From assembly GCA_016699795.1 (NCBI GenBank), contig CP065011.1:687318-751317 (forward strand): DNA of 64,000 nucleotides, written 5' to 3'. The translations under genes were made by a program, and so were the position numbers. This DNA is from Candidatus Moraniibacteriota bacterium (GTDB taxonomy: Bacteria; Patescibacteriota; Minisyncoccia; Moranbacterales; GCA-2747515). Positions 20,449 to 29,444 of the stretch are shown piece after piece. Below the pieces are notes generated by a model, which had not been told where the DNA came from, searched no databases, and was given only the letters and a program-made list of their open reading frames with translations. Position 1 is the stretch's first letter; every line of letters begins with the position of its first letter.

Positions 20449-21120
20449 ATGTCAAAAACATATCTAGGTTTCAAAAGTAAAAGAATATTCCTGTTTTCTG
20501 TTTTTCTTGCTCTTTGTACTATCTCTCTTTTTGTCTATCAGATGTCTGGAAAATTATTTCAAGGCTGGTTTATGAAAGAAGAATCAGCTAACAATCTTTC
20601 TTTAGAAAATAAAATAGAAACCATTACTATTATTCCTCAAGAAAAAACTATTCTCAATAGTGATTATTTCTTTATGGAACTCAAATTGGGAGACGTTCAT
20701 AAAGAAGAAGAAGCTACTTGGAAGTCTTCTGATACTACTATAGCTAATGTGTCAAATACTCCCGGAACAAAAGGTCAAGTGACTACGGGAGGAAAAGCAG
20801 GATCAGTTATTATTACTGCTGAGTATGAAGGGAAGATATACACAAGCAAGCTTCAAGTAGAAAATGCAGGATTGGAAGTTTCTTGTTTTCCTCGTAAAAA
20901 TCCTATAAAAGTAGGGGAAAAAGTTGAATGGGTTCTTCTCTACAAAGAAATAGGTGTCCCTAATTATACCTATGAATGGACAGGAGATATTACTTCGAAT
21001 ATTGCACTGCCTGAAACAAGTTTTGACACTCCGGGAATAAAAAATGTTCATGCAAAAACAGAAGATGTAGTAGGGAATATGGCAGAAGCTCAGTGTGATC
21101 CTCTGAAAGTAATACAATAA
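20449..21120 (+). CDS. secreted protein with Big_2 (bacterial Ig-like) and PKD-like domains
   Basis: N-terminal TM/signal segment; WKSSDTTIANVS..G.VTTGGKAGSVIITAEYEGK Big_2-like pattern; YTYEWTGD PKD-like. Confidence 0.55.
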   Translation: MSKTYLGFKSKRIFLFSVFLALCTISLFVYQMSGKLFQGWFMKEESANNLSLENKIETITIIPQEKTILNSDYFFMELKLGDVHKEEEATWKSSDTTIANVSNTPGTKGQVTTGGKAGSVIITAEYEGKIYTSKLQVENAGLEVSCFPRKNPIKVGEKVEWVLLYKEIGVPNYTYEWTGDITSNIALPETSFDTPGIKNVHAKTEDVVGNMAEAQCDPLKVIQ

Positions 21121-21139
21121 TTTTTTTAAAAACAGAAAT

Positions 21140-22879
21140 ATGAAGAATAAATATCTTTTTTCACTGGTTAAACCAATTATTTTTTTTGTAATATTTGTTT
21201 TTAGTTTTGTCTTTTCAGATTCTGTTTCAGCTGATTTGAGAGCAATATCGGGCACTTCTTATTGTCGTGGTCAGGATAATAAATATCCTTCGTGGGGTTA
21301 TCTTTGTGGTGAACAAGCGAATCTTTCTTCTATTGAACACGGGAAAACCTTTGAACCAGGAGATTCGGTTACTTTTAGAGGCTTTGTTCTAGCAAGAGAT
21401 ACGGATATCGCTTGTAAGGCTTCTGTTGGATTTGGTACACAATGGAGTGGGGAGGGTCCACAGGGGAATCAATGGAGTGAAAGTCCAGAAAGAATAAAAT
21501 ATGCTTTAGGTATTATACCGGGCAATCTCGTGGTTCATAGTGATGGGAAAACATATTGCGAATTTAATGAAACACTTACTATTCCCAATGTAGAATTTCG
21601 TGAGGATAAGAAATTTAGAGCTATGGTGTATGCTCTTTACCAAGAAGGGGGAATGAGCTCTTACTCAAATCGTGGTACATTTTGGGAACATGTCTATATT
21701 AATCCTCCAGGAGGAGAGCGTCCCGTAATGAGAATTCAACTTGATGCTCATGGTTGTTCCGCAGTTACCCTAGAAAGACTTAGTGTTTCAAAGGCTAAAA
21801 AAAATGCTCAGCCATGCACCTTTACTTCAACTCCAGATAATGAAGATTGGAATAGTCTCATTCTTACGACAGGTGCGGATGGATCGGGAAGTATCCCTCA
21901 GAGTAAGTCTATAAAAACGCCAGATTTTAATAATGGGAGATTAACATTAAATGTCTCTTGCGTAGATGATAATGGGCAATCAGCAAGTTCTTCCGTTGTG
22001 ACAACTTCTCAGACACCCTGCGCTTGTACTCCTCCTAAGCCAGTTAGTACACTTTGGCATCCAGGTGATAATGAAAATTTAACTGAATCTCAATCTTCGA
22101 AATATTCTGAATTTGATAATGAAGAACAATGCGAATTTTATTGTCCAACGGGATCTACTTGGAATGGATTTGCCTGCGTAGTTATTCCTTCCTATTCATG
22201 TACAGGGCTCGATCCCGCGAACGCCTTATTGTGTTCAGGCGACGATACTGATCTTTCTGAAAATAGAGCAAAAACTTTAGTAAATAGCTGTAGTCTTCCT
22301 GTAGGCTCAGCACCAAAATGCGAATTCATTTGTAAATTTGGATTTACTTTTGACTTAACTTCAAATTCCTGTATTGATAGTACCCCACAATACTCACTTA
22401 ACGTTTCAAAAGATGGTCCTGGGTCGGTGAGTTGTACACCTACTAATTGTTCTTCAACAAACGTCAATAAGGGAGTTTCTATTACTCTTAGAGCTACAAA
22501 GGACGCTAATGCAATTTTTAACGGATGGACTTCTGATGGAGAAAATAAATGTCCTAATATTCTTGAAAATTGTTCTTTTCTTATGACTAAGGACGAAACT
22601 ATAGTAGCTCATTTTGATTGTGAAAATGGTTATACTCTAATTGGAGGAATATGCCGAGCCGTTGAAGGAAAATGTAATACTACCTATACTACTTCTTGTT
22701 ATGAAGGGGATCTTTCCGAAAAGGGTGCTGATGAGCTTTGTATTAATTCGAGGTTTGGTTCTCCTAGTGATCCAAAATACGCTTCTGGAAAATGGTCATG
22801 GACATGTCAAGGAGGTACTGGAAGTGCTGTTACCTGCGAAACAAATCAATGCGCACGATACAAAGAAGTAACTCCCTAA
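21140..22879 (+). CDS. secreted cysteine-rich protein (EGF-like Cys spacing), hypothetical surface protein
   Basis: Signal peptide MKNKYLFSLVKPIIFFVIFVFSFVFS; repeated C..C..C patterns (CEFYCPTGSTWNGFAC, CEFICKFGFTF..SC). Confidence 0.5.
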   Translation: MKNKYLFSLVKPIIFFVIFVFSFVFSDSVSADLRAISGTSYCRGQDNKYPSWGYLCGEQANLSSIEHGKTFEPGDSVTFRGFVLARDTDIACKASVGFGTQWSGEGPQGNQWSESPERIKYALGIIPGNLVVHSDGKTYCEFNETLTIPNVEFREDKKFRAMVYALYQEGGMSSYSNRGTFWEHVYINPPGGERPVMRIQLDAHGCSAVTLERLSVSKAKKNAQPCTFTSTPDNEDWNSLILTTGADGSGSIPQSKSIKTPDFNNGRLTLNVSCVDDNGQSASSSVVTTSQTPCACTPPKPVSTLWHPGDNENLTESQSSKYSEFDNEEQCEFYCPTGSTWNGFACVVIPSYSCTGLDPANALLCSGDDTDLSENRAKTLVNSCSLPVGSAPKCEFICKFGFTFDLTSNSCIDSTPQYSLNVSKDGPGSVSCTPTNCSSTNVNKGVSITLRATKDANAIFNGWTSDGENKCPNILENCSFLMTKDETIVAHFDCENGYTLIGGICRAVEGKCNTTYTTSCYEGDLSEKGADELCINSRFGSPSDPKYASGKWSWTCQGGTGSAVTCETNQCARYKEVTP

Positions 22880-22924
22880 AAAGTACAAAAACGTAAGAAT
22901 TTAAAGAATAAAAACTTAGAATAG

Positions 22925-22954
22925 AAGACTCTTCCTGAGGGAGGAGTCTTTTTG
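22925..22954 (+). terminator. rho-independent terminator after 21140..22879
   Basis: AAGACTCTTCC-TGAG-GGAGGAGTCTT hairpin followed by TTTTTG. Confidence 0.5.
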
Positions 22955-23101
22955 AGAGAATGTGTGTTTTAAGGAGAGGGGATTTGGATGCTTATGGAAA
23001 CAACGTACGACGATTGTTCTCTTTGTATAACAAATGTAGGTTTGAGACTTTACTTTAAATCATTTTCTGTTAGTATATAAGGATTTTTTAAGATATATTC
23101 T

Positions 23102-24205
23102 ATGCGTTTAGCATGTTTGGTTTCAGGGGGTGTGGACAGCTCTGTAGCTCTGACTCTTGCCAAAGATTCAGGTCATGAAGTTCATGCTTTTTATCTTAAA
23201 ATTTGGCTTGAAGATGAAATGGCATTTCTCGGAGAATGTCCATGGGAAAATGACCTTACTTTCGTTCGTTCAGTTTGTAAAAAACTAAACGTTCCTCTTA
23301 CGATTGTTCCTCTTCAAAAAGAATATCATGATCGAGTTATTTCGTATGCACTTTCTGAGGTTCGAGAAGGGCGAACTCCTAATCCGGATATTATGTGCAA
23401 TTCTTTGATAAAATTTGGAGCATTTCAAGAATGGCTTGAAAAGAATGATACTTCGTTTGAAAAAATTGTTACTGGCCATTATGCCCGTTCAGGAGAATAC
23501 AAAAAAGTTCATGGAGAAACTTTTTCGATTATGAAACTTGCCTGTGATAGAGTAAAAGACCAGACTTATTTTCTCTCTCGACTCACAAAAGAACAACTTA
23601 GGAGAACGTGGTTTCCTTTGGGAGAATATGAAAAATCTAAAGTTCGAGAAATGGCAAAAGAGAAAAACCTCCTTACTTTCGATAGACCAGACTCTCAAGG
23701 TTTATGTTTTTTGGGAAAGATAAGGTATTCAAGTTTTATTAAACATCATCTCGGAACGATGATGGGAGATATTGTGGATATTTCTACAGGAAGGATTCTT
23801 GGAAAACATGAGGGTCACTGGTTTCATACCGTTGGACAACGACACGGATTAGACCTTTCTGGGGGTCCTTGGTATGTAGTGGGGAAGGATATTCAAAAAA
23901 ATAATATTCTTGTTTCTCATCGACTTAAAATGCCTGAAACGGAAAGAGCCTTTTTTGGTGTACGAAATACTTCATGGTTTTTGGACGAAGAAGATCTTCA
24001 AAAAAATTTCTTACAAAAAAAGCTTTTTTGTAAAATTCGACATGGAGAGAAAAGATATCAAGTTATTTTAGAAGGGGTTTCTCAAAATATTTCAGATTTT
24101 TCTGTTCGAATTCTTAAAGAAAAAGAAAGAGGAATTACACCTGGGCAATTTGCAGTTTTTTATTCTGATGATATGTGTTTAGGAAGTGGTGTAATTGTAG
24201 AATAA
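23102..24205 (+). CDS. mnmA: tRNA-specific 2-thiouridylase
   Basis: SGGVDSS PP-loop at N-terminus, conserved catalytic Cys region, length. Confidence 0.9.
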   Translation: MRLACLVSGGVDSSVALTLAKDSGHEVHAFYLKIWLEDEMAFLGECPWENDLTFVRSVCKKLNVPLTIVPLQKEYHDRVISYALSEVREGRTPNPDIMCNSLIKFGAFQEWLEKNDTSFEKIVTGHYARSGEYKKVHGETFSIMKLACDRVKDQTYFLSRLTKEQLRRTWFPLGEYEKSKVREMAKEKNLLTFDRPDSQGLCFLGKIRYSSFIKHHLGTMMGDIVDISTGRILGKHEGHWFHTVGQRHGLDLSGGPWYVVGKDIQKNNILVSHRLKMPETERAFFGVRNTSWFLDEEDLQKNFLQKKLFCKIRHGEKRYQVILEGVSQNISDFSVRILKEKERGITPGQFAVFYSDDMCLGSGVIVE

Positions 24206-24215
24206 AAGAAAAAGA

Positions 24216-24245
24216 GCAATCTTTAAAAAAGATTACTCTTTGTGA
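24216..24245. terminator. possible bidirectional hairpin between mnmA and minus-strand small ORF
   Basis: AATCTTT-AAAA-AAGATT inverted repeat. Confidence 0.25.
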
Positions 24246-24310
24246 ATGAAAGCGTCCTCGAATTGGATAGGATAGAAAGAATGGGAAAAGTTGATACTGG
24301 GAATTAAGTA

Positions 24311-24694
24311 TTAAGAAACCCAGAATATCAAGAGATCCCAGAAAATACTTATAAATCCTAGAAAGGCAGCTGCCCAATATTTTTTTATTAGGACTGCAAA
24401 GCCAGAGAGTATTACAAATAGCAAGGAAAGAACAGCATAAAGCCCAATAGAAGAACTCATTATAAAACCCTCTCTTTGTATTATGAGATCCAAGAAAATA
24501 CTTATAAATCCAAGGAAGGTAGCTGTCCAATACTTCTTTATTAAAGCAGCAAAGCCGGAGAGTATTACAAACAGCAAGGAAAGAACAGCGTAAAGTCCGA
24601 TAGAAGAACTCATTGTAAAACCCTCTCTTTGTGTGAAAAAAAAACATATTCGCCAAATAAAAGCGAACGAATTAGAAAATAAATGGATTTTCAT
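24311..24694 (-). CDS. small membrane protein made of two tandem copies of a 51-aa unit (two predicted TM helices each)
   Basis: Protein repeats QREGF-MSSSIGLYAVLSLLFVILSGFA-LIKKYW-A-FLGFISIF-DL twice; encoded by a 153-bp tandem DNA duplication. Confidence 0.4.
   Translation of the reverse strand: MKIHLFSNSFAFIWRICFFFTQREGFTMSSSIGLYAVLSLLFVILSGFAALIKKYWTATFLGFISIFLDLIIQREGFIMSSSIGLYAVLSLLFVILSGFAVLIKKYWAAAFLGFISIFWDLLIFWVS
24333..24638. repeat. 153-bp tandem direct duplication (2 copies, ~85-90% identical)
   Basis: gagatccc..ataaatcc..cagctg.ccaata..attacaaa.agcaaggaaagaacagc.taaag.cc.atagaagaactcatt.taaaaccctctctttgt repeats with period 153. Confidence 0.8.
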
Positions 24695-24790
24695 AATTTG
24701 TCAAGATGTTTTTTGTCTGATATAGTAAATAAAATTTTGAAAAACTCTATTTTTGAGAATACATTAAAGAAAGAAATTATTATATTTTTT

Positions 24791-25889
24791 ATGATACATG
24801 ATGATTATCCGGAAAGACTGACCTATTTACAAGATAAACTCCCGCTCGTGCGGGACTCTCTTTGACGTTCCTAAGAAAAAAGAAAAACTTAAAGAGCTCG
24901 AACAACTTTCTTTGGCTGGAAACTTTTGGGAAAATAATGATAATGCCAAGGCCATTCTTCAACAAGCAGAAGCTCTTCGAAAAATAATTATACGCTTTGA
25001 AAAACTCTCAGAAGACATTTCTGATATCAAGGAATTTTTGGAAATATCTAAAACAGATGAAGAAAAAAGACAGATTGGAGAAATGCTTCGAGTGGGAGAA
25101 AAGGAGATGGAGGATTTTGAAAGATTTGTACTTTTTTCTGGTGAATATGATGAAAACAATATTTTTCTTACCATACAAAGTGGAGCTGGTGGAGTGGATG
25201 CTCAAGATTGGGCGGAAATGTTGTTACGAATGTATCTTAGATGGTGTGAATTGTCCGATTATAACGCAAGGATTATTGATGAATCTCGGGGGACTGAAGC
25301 TGGGATTAAAAGTGTAACCGTTCAAATCGAAGGGATATATGCATATGGAAATCTTAAGCATGAAGCGGGTATTCATCGACTTGTCAGGCTTTCACCATTT
25401 AATGCGGACCAGCTTCGTCAGACATCTTTTGCTCGAGTTGAAGTATTGCCAATTATTGATTCTTTGAAAGAAATAATGATTGAAGAAAAAGACCTTCGGA
25501 TTGATACTTTTCGCGCTTCAGGGGCGGGGGGTCAACATGTTAATAAAACAGACAGTGCTGTTCGTATAACACATCTTCCCTCAGGAATAGTAACAAGTTG
25601 TCAGAACGAGCGATCTCAATCGCAAAATAAAGAGCGTGCTATAGCTCTTCTTTTGGCAAAACTTCATCAGCAAGCAATAGAAGTTAAAAAACAAGAAACG
25701 AATGAAATTCGAGGAGAAGCAAAAAGTGCGCAGTGGGGAAATCAAATTCGTTCCTACGTACTTCATCCTTATATGCTCGTAAAAGATCATCGAACAGGCG
25801 AAGAAACCCCACATACTCGAGAGGTTTTAAATGGAAGTATCGATCGTTTTATCCAGGCATCACTTCGAGGGCAGAAAAAACAAATGTAA
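24791..25889 (+). CDS. prfB: peptide chain release factor 2, requires programmed +1 frameshift at 24860-24866
   Basis: GGQ motif (SGAGGQHVNKTDSAVRITHLPSGIV); ORFs 24683..24865 and 24912..25889 are joined by the canonical CTT TGA C shifty stop; after +1 shift the frame reads LDVPKKKEKLKELEQLSLAGNFWEN continuous with downstream ORF. Confidence 0.9.
24860..24866 (+). promoter_or_regulatory. RF2 autoregulatory +1 frameshift site CTT-TGA-C
   Basis: Exact match to the conserved bacterial prfB frameshift heptamer; upstream GCGGGA is a weak SD-like element. Confidence 0.85.
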
Positions 25890-26001
25890 ATATTAAAGAA
25901 GACATTTAAATATTTTCACGTTTTCATTGACAAATAACCTAAATTGTGATTTAAAGAATAGGAGTTTTTTTACAACAACCCATAACCTATCGGAGATTTC
26001 A

Positions 26002-27108
26002 ATGAAACAATTTTTTGTTTCCGTTGTCGTAACTCTACTTTTTCTTTTGAATGCGGGATTAAGTAATGCTTCAGAAGAGAGTTTTACTCTTAGCAGAGGT
26101 GAGACTCTTTTCGCTCTCTGTGCCAAGATTCGTCCGAATATGACGAAGGATGCCTGCTCTAAGGAAATTCTTTTTGCTAATAAAGATCGACTCAATGCTT
26201 CGTGGAATACTGTTTCCGAAGTAGAGCTTTCTTTTGGAAAGAAACTTTGGGCAGGTTATGCATATAACCTTCCAAATGAATTTATTAGTAAAGCCACTGA
26301 CACTCCGTCACCGTCAGTACCAGCTAAAGAGGGGGATCTTGTCGTTCAAGAGAAACCGATTTCGCAGAAAGAAATCATTAAAGAATCTGGTGAAAAGAAG
26401 GAGGGGGGAAATTCTGTGGTGAAGACCCCAGAAACAAAGAATGACCTTTCTTCGGTGGTAAACCAAGAGAAAAAAACGGAAGGCGCAATAATTTCGATAG
26501 AGGTAACAAAACTAGAGGAAAATTTAAAGAAAAAGGATGCTATCCTTTTTCAGATTAAGGAGGAAAATTTTCGCCTTCAGCGAGAGTTTGATCGAGTGAA
26601 GCAATCCGAAGAAGCCTTGAAAGTTTCTTTGAAGGAGAATACTACTCGTTTGGAAAAACTAAATTCTTCTTCGGGAACACTTCTTCTTGTTTCTCTTGTA
26701 ACCTCTCTCCTTTTACTTCTCGGAGGAATAGGATTCTTTTTCTCTCGAAGGAATTTGAAGAAAAATGGATTTACTAGGAAAAAAAGGATAGATTCTTTCT
26801 ATCAAATTCCTAATGAAGAGTTAGAAGAAGATTCTCTTGAAGAAGAAACGTTGCAAAAAGAGAATGAGGAACTCAGGAGAAAAATCACTTCTCTAGAAGA
26901 GGAGAATGAAATTCTTTTCGAAAAAAAAGTTTATCTCTCTATTGGAGGAGAAACTCACGCCTTCGAGGTTAAAAGATTCATTCGGGATAAGTGGGGTGGT
27001 ATCGTTCCGATGATTGCCGTTGATGGGGGTGTTTTATACAAAGCTCAAGGGAAGAAAGTTCCAAAGCAATGGGAAGAACGCCTCAAAAATTTAAAAATGG
27101 CAGCTTAA
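26002..27108 (+). CDS. hypothetical membrane protein: signal peptide, coiled-coil ectodomain, TM helix, cytoplasmic tail
   Basis: Start at MKQFFVSVVVTLLFLLNAG; heptad-rich region (EENLKKKDAILFQIKEENFRLQREFDRVKQSEEALK), TM LLLVSLVTSLLLLLGGIGFFF. Confidence 0.5.
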   Translation: MKQFFVSVVVTLLFLLNAGLSNASEESFTLSRGETLFALCAKIRPNMTKDACSKEILFANKDRLNASWNTVSEVELSFGKKLWAGYAYNLPNEFISKATDTPSPSVPAKEGDLVVQEKPISQKEIIKESGEKKEGGNSVVKTPETKNDLSSVVNQEKKTEGAIISIEVTKLEENLKKKDAILFQIKEENFRLQREFDRVKQSEEALKVSLKENTTRLEKLNSSSGTLLLVSLVTSLLLLLGGIGFFFSRRNLKKNGFTRKKRIDSFYQIPNEELEEDSLEEETLQKENEELRRKITSLEEENEILFEKKVYLSIGGETHAFEVKRFIRDKWGGIVPMIAVDGGVLYKAQGKKVPKQWEERLKNLKMAA

Positions 27109-27145
27109 GTATAGGATAGAAAATCTATTCATACTCTTTTTTTAA

Positions 27146-27178
27146 AAACGCATTTTCTTTAGGAAGATGCGTTTTTTT
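27146..27178 (+). terminator. rho-independent terminator
   Basis: AAACGCAT..ATGCGTTTTTTT hairpin plus 7-T run. Confidence 0.55.
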
Positions 27179-27212
27179 CTTGCCAGAAAAGATATTTTTT
27201 GATAGTCTTTTT

Positions 27213-27239
27213 TTGTGGGGTTTTCTATTTTAAGATAAT
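27213..27239 (+). promoter_or_regulatory. candidate promoter for tRNA-Gln (TTGTGG-15-GATAAT)
   Basis: -10-like GATAAT 6 nt upstream of tRNA 5' end. Confidence 0.3.
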
Positions 27240-27244
27240 GTGTT

Positions 27245-27316
27245 TGGGGAATCGCCAAGTGGTAAGGCAACGGGTTCTGGTCCCGTCATTCGGGGGTTCG
27301 AATCCCTCTTCCCCAG
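27245..27316 (+). tRNA. tRNA-Gln (anticodon CUG)
   Basis: Cloverleaf: acceptor TGGGGAA/TTCCCCA, D-arm GCCAAGTGGTAAGGC, anticodon stem ACGGG/CCCGT with loop TTCTGGT, T-arm GGGGG-TTCGAAT-CCCTC; close to E. coli tRNA-Gln; CCA not encoded. Confidence 0.9.
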
Positions 27317-27325
27317 CTAAGATAA

Positions 27326-27353
27326 AAATCCCTCCTTTGTGGAGGATTTTTTA
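27326..27353 (+). terminator. rho-independent terminator after tRNA-Gln
   Basis: ATCCCTCC-TTTGT-GGAGGAT followed by TTTTTTATTT. Confidence 0.6.
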
Positions 27354-27354
27354 T

Positions 27355-27493
27355 TTGAGTATGAGAAGGGATTCGAACGGGTGGAAATGAGTCCTCGAAT
27401 GTCGACAGACGCGAATGAATGAGCGTTTGGCGCCACCCCGGACAACGAAACGTCGTTTCGACGGTGAGGCGAAAATCCCTCTTCCCCAGCAAT
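27355..27493. repeat. tRNA-Gln 3'-half fragments: inverted degraded copy (27362-27386) and direct 17-nt copy of the 3' end (27476-27493), plus perfect palindrome CGAAACG-T-CGTTTCG
   Basis: minus strand of 27362-27386 reads CACCCGTTCGAATCCCTTCTCA (cf. tRNA GGGGGTTCGAATCCCTCTTCCCCA); 27476-27493 AATCCCTCTTCCCCAGC identical to tRNA 3' end. Confidence 0.7.
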
Positions 27494-27576
27494 AAACCAA
27501 AACACATTCTTTCTAAATGAAGGTAAAAATTAAGAAATTTTAAAGGCATTTCTTGAAATGAAATGAACTAGGGGAA

Positions 27577-28239
27577 TTATACAATTACGCCATCTTTTAA
27601 ATTAATGTGACGTGAAGCAAAACTAGCTGTGAAAGTATCATGAGTAACTAAGATTATAGTTTTTCCTTCTTTTTCATTTAAGATTTTTAGGGTCTCCATT
27701 ACCTCTGAAGAGGAATGACTGTCCAAATTTCCCGTTGGTTCATCTGCTAGAATAATACTCGGATTATTAATAAGTGCTCTCGCAATAGCTACTTTTTGTT
27801 TTTGCCCTCCAGAGAGTTCATTGGGATAATGAGAAATCCGATCATGTATTCCAAATTTTTTAGCTAATTCAATAGCTTTTTGTTTATCTTCTTTGCCTGC
27901 GTATAAACTTGGTATAGTAATATTTTCGAGGACTGTTAAATCAGGGATTAAATTAAAATTTTGGAAAATAAAACCAATCAAATCGTTTCGAATTTCAGAC
28001 AAAGAATCTTCCGAAAGTTTGGAAACATCCATACCTTCCAAATAATATTCTCCAGTATCAGGGACATCCAAACACCCGATTATATTCATGAGAGTGGATT
28101 TACCACTTCCAGAAGGCCCCATTAAAGCTATAAATTCACCATTTTGTATAGAAATAGTAATAGTATGAATAACGGGAACTAATGTTTTGCCAAGTGTGTA
28201 ACCTTTGGAAACATTCTTCAGATAGATGCTGTTTTCCAT
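27577..28239 (-). CDS. ABC transporter ATP-binding protein (MacB/LolD-type)
   Basis: Walker [10 protein letters not shown], signature [15 protein letters not shown], Walker B ILADEPT. Confidence 0.9.
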   Translation of the reverse strand: MENSIYLKNVSKGYTLGKTLVPVIHTITISIQNGEFIALMGPSGSGKSTLMNIIGCLDVPDTGEYYLEGMDVSKLSEDSLSEIRNDLIGFIFQNFNLIPDLTVLENITIPSLYAGKEDKQKAIELAKKFGIHDRISHYPNELSGGQKQKVAIARALINNPSIILADEPTGNLDSHSSSEVMETLKILNEKEGKTIILVTHDTFTASFASRHINLKDGVIV

Positions 28240-28247
28240 AGGTATTT

Positions 28248-29438
28248 TTATTTGAGAATAACAACCTCATCTCCTTGTTCTAATCCGCTTTTTATTTCAA
28301 CCTTTTTTCCATTTGTGAAACCTGTTTGAATCTCTCGTTCGGAAAAATTATCACCATTTTTTAGAGTGACGGTTTGTTTTCCTTTGACGTTTTTTACGGC
28401 ACCATTAGAAATCATCAAAACATTTTTCGCTTCTTTCGAAATAATTTCTGCTGATCCAGACATGTCACTTAAAAATGTAGTATCTCCATTATTGAGTATC
28501 TGTATTATTACTTTATAACTAGACAAACCATTCGTATCTATTTCTGGCACTATAGAAATAAACTCTACTTTAGCCTCGAATTCTTTGTCGGGATAAGCAT
28601 CTAATGTTAGAGAAACGAGCATATCTTTTTGTGTTTTGAGAGCGTCAGTATCTTCTAATAAAGCTTCAAACCAAAAATTATCTTTATTGATAAGTGTTAT
28701 AAATCCAGCATTGTTATCTTCTGAATTTGTATTGTTTTGAGTTGCCACATCTCCAACATTGCCATGTATACTGTCTACGACAATATCATTTCTGGGAGCT
28801 ATTATATTGAAGGCATTGGTATTTTCTAAAGCCAAAGCATAGGTGGAAGAATTTTTTGATGATTCAAGTTTCGCTTTTTTATAATTTTCTTCCACTTGTT
28901 TCATTTGATATTTTGCATTATTAACATCAGCTTTGGCCGAAGAAACTTTTACTTTTTGGGCTAATGCTTGTGAGGAATTTTTCCCATTATCTTGAACATA
29001 CTCATCATACAAATCCTCTTCTTTATCTAATTGATCAAGAGCATCATCATAAGCAACCTTTTTTATCTTATAGTCGACGCCATTCTTGGAAAGCCTATCC
29101 AAATCAACGTAAGAAGCTTCCAATATTGATTTTGCTTGCAATGCTTGATTATTGCTCTTTTCGATATCGAGGCTGGCGAGAATTTGTCCTTTTTTGACGA
29201 TATCACCAAGCTTTACATTGATCGTGTCTACAATGCCTGAATTAAGAAAATTTAATTCCCATTTTTCATAGACAACTTTTCCATCCACCGAAAAAGAAAC
29301 AGCAACATTGCCACGAACAACTTTCTCAATGGTATATTCAGGGGTTTCAGTATTTTTTTTAAGATCGTTTTTCCAAAATTGCCAAATTCCTACAAAAAAA
29401 ATAAAGATAACAATAAAGATTATTACAATTTTTTTCAT
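28248..29438 (-). CDS. efflux periplasmic adaptor (HlyD/MacA-like membrane fusion protein)
   Basis: N-terminal TM anchor, long coiled-coil hairpin region, beta-barrel/lipoyl-like C-terminal segments, position in ABC efflux operon. Confidence 0.7.
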   Translation of the reverse strand: MKKIVIIFIVIFIFFVGIWQFWKNDLKKNTETPEYTIEKVVRGNVAVSFSVDGKVVYEKWELNFLNSGIVDTINVKLGDIVKKGQILASLDIEKSNNQALQAKSILEASYVDLDRLSKNGVDYKIKKVAYDDALDQLDKEEDLYDEYVQDNGKNSSQALAQKVKVSSAKADVNNAKYQMKQVEENYKKAKLESSKNSSTYALALENTNAFNIIAPRNDIVVDSIHGNVGDVATQNNTNSEDNNAGFITLINKDNFWFEALLEDTDALKTQKDMLVSLTLDAYPDKEFEAKVEFISIVPEIDTNGLSSYKVIIQILNNGDTTFLSDMSGSAEIISKEAKNVLMISNGAVKNVKGKQTVTLKNGDNFSEREIQTGFTNGKKVEIKSGLEQGDEVVILK

Positions 29439-29444
29439 GAAATT

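Noticed and set aside
24135-24656. Alternative-frame ORF over the 153-bp tandem duplication
   Set aside because: Same DNA as 24311..24694. The TM-helix frame is more protein-like, though frame choice remains uncertain. It is not counted as a separate gene.
24683-24865. Stand-alone 60-aa ORF upstream of prfB, and Met 24912 as the prfB start
   Set aside because: It is the 5' segment of prfB joined via the CTT TGA C +1 frameshift. The true start is the internal Met at 24791.
25927-26001. Upstream Met start for gene 26002..27108 (MTNNLNCDLKNRSFFTTTH..)
   Set aside because: MKQFFVSVVV.. at 26002 gives a typical signal peptide. The upstream 25 codons are unlikely to be translated.
27355-27445. 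Second (minus-strand) tRNA or a tmRNA suggested by GGGATTCGAAC (reverse complement of a T-loop)
   Set aside because: The reverse-complement sequence has no complementary T-stem or acceptor stem and too little length before the ABC gene for a tmRNA. It is interpreted as a degraded inverted copy of the tRNA-Gln 3' half.
27286-27549. Minus-strand ORFs 27286..27549 and 27317..27505
   Set aside because: They overlap tRNA-Gln, its terminator and tRNA-fragment repeats. They have no coding signal.
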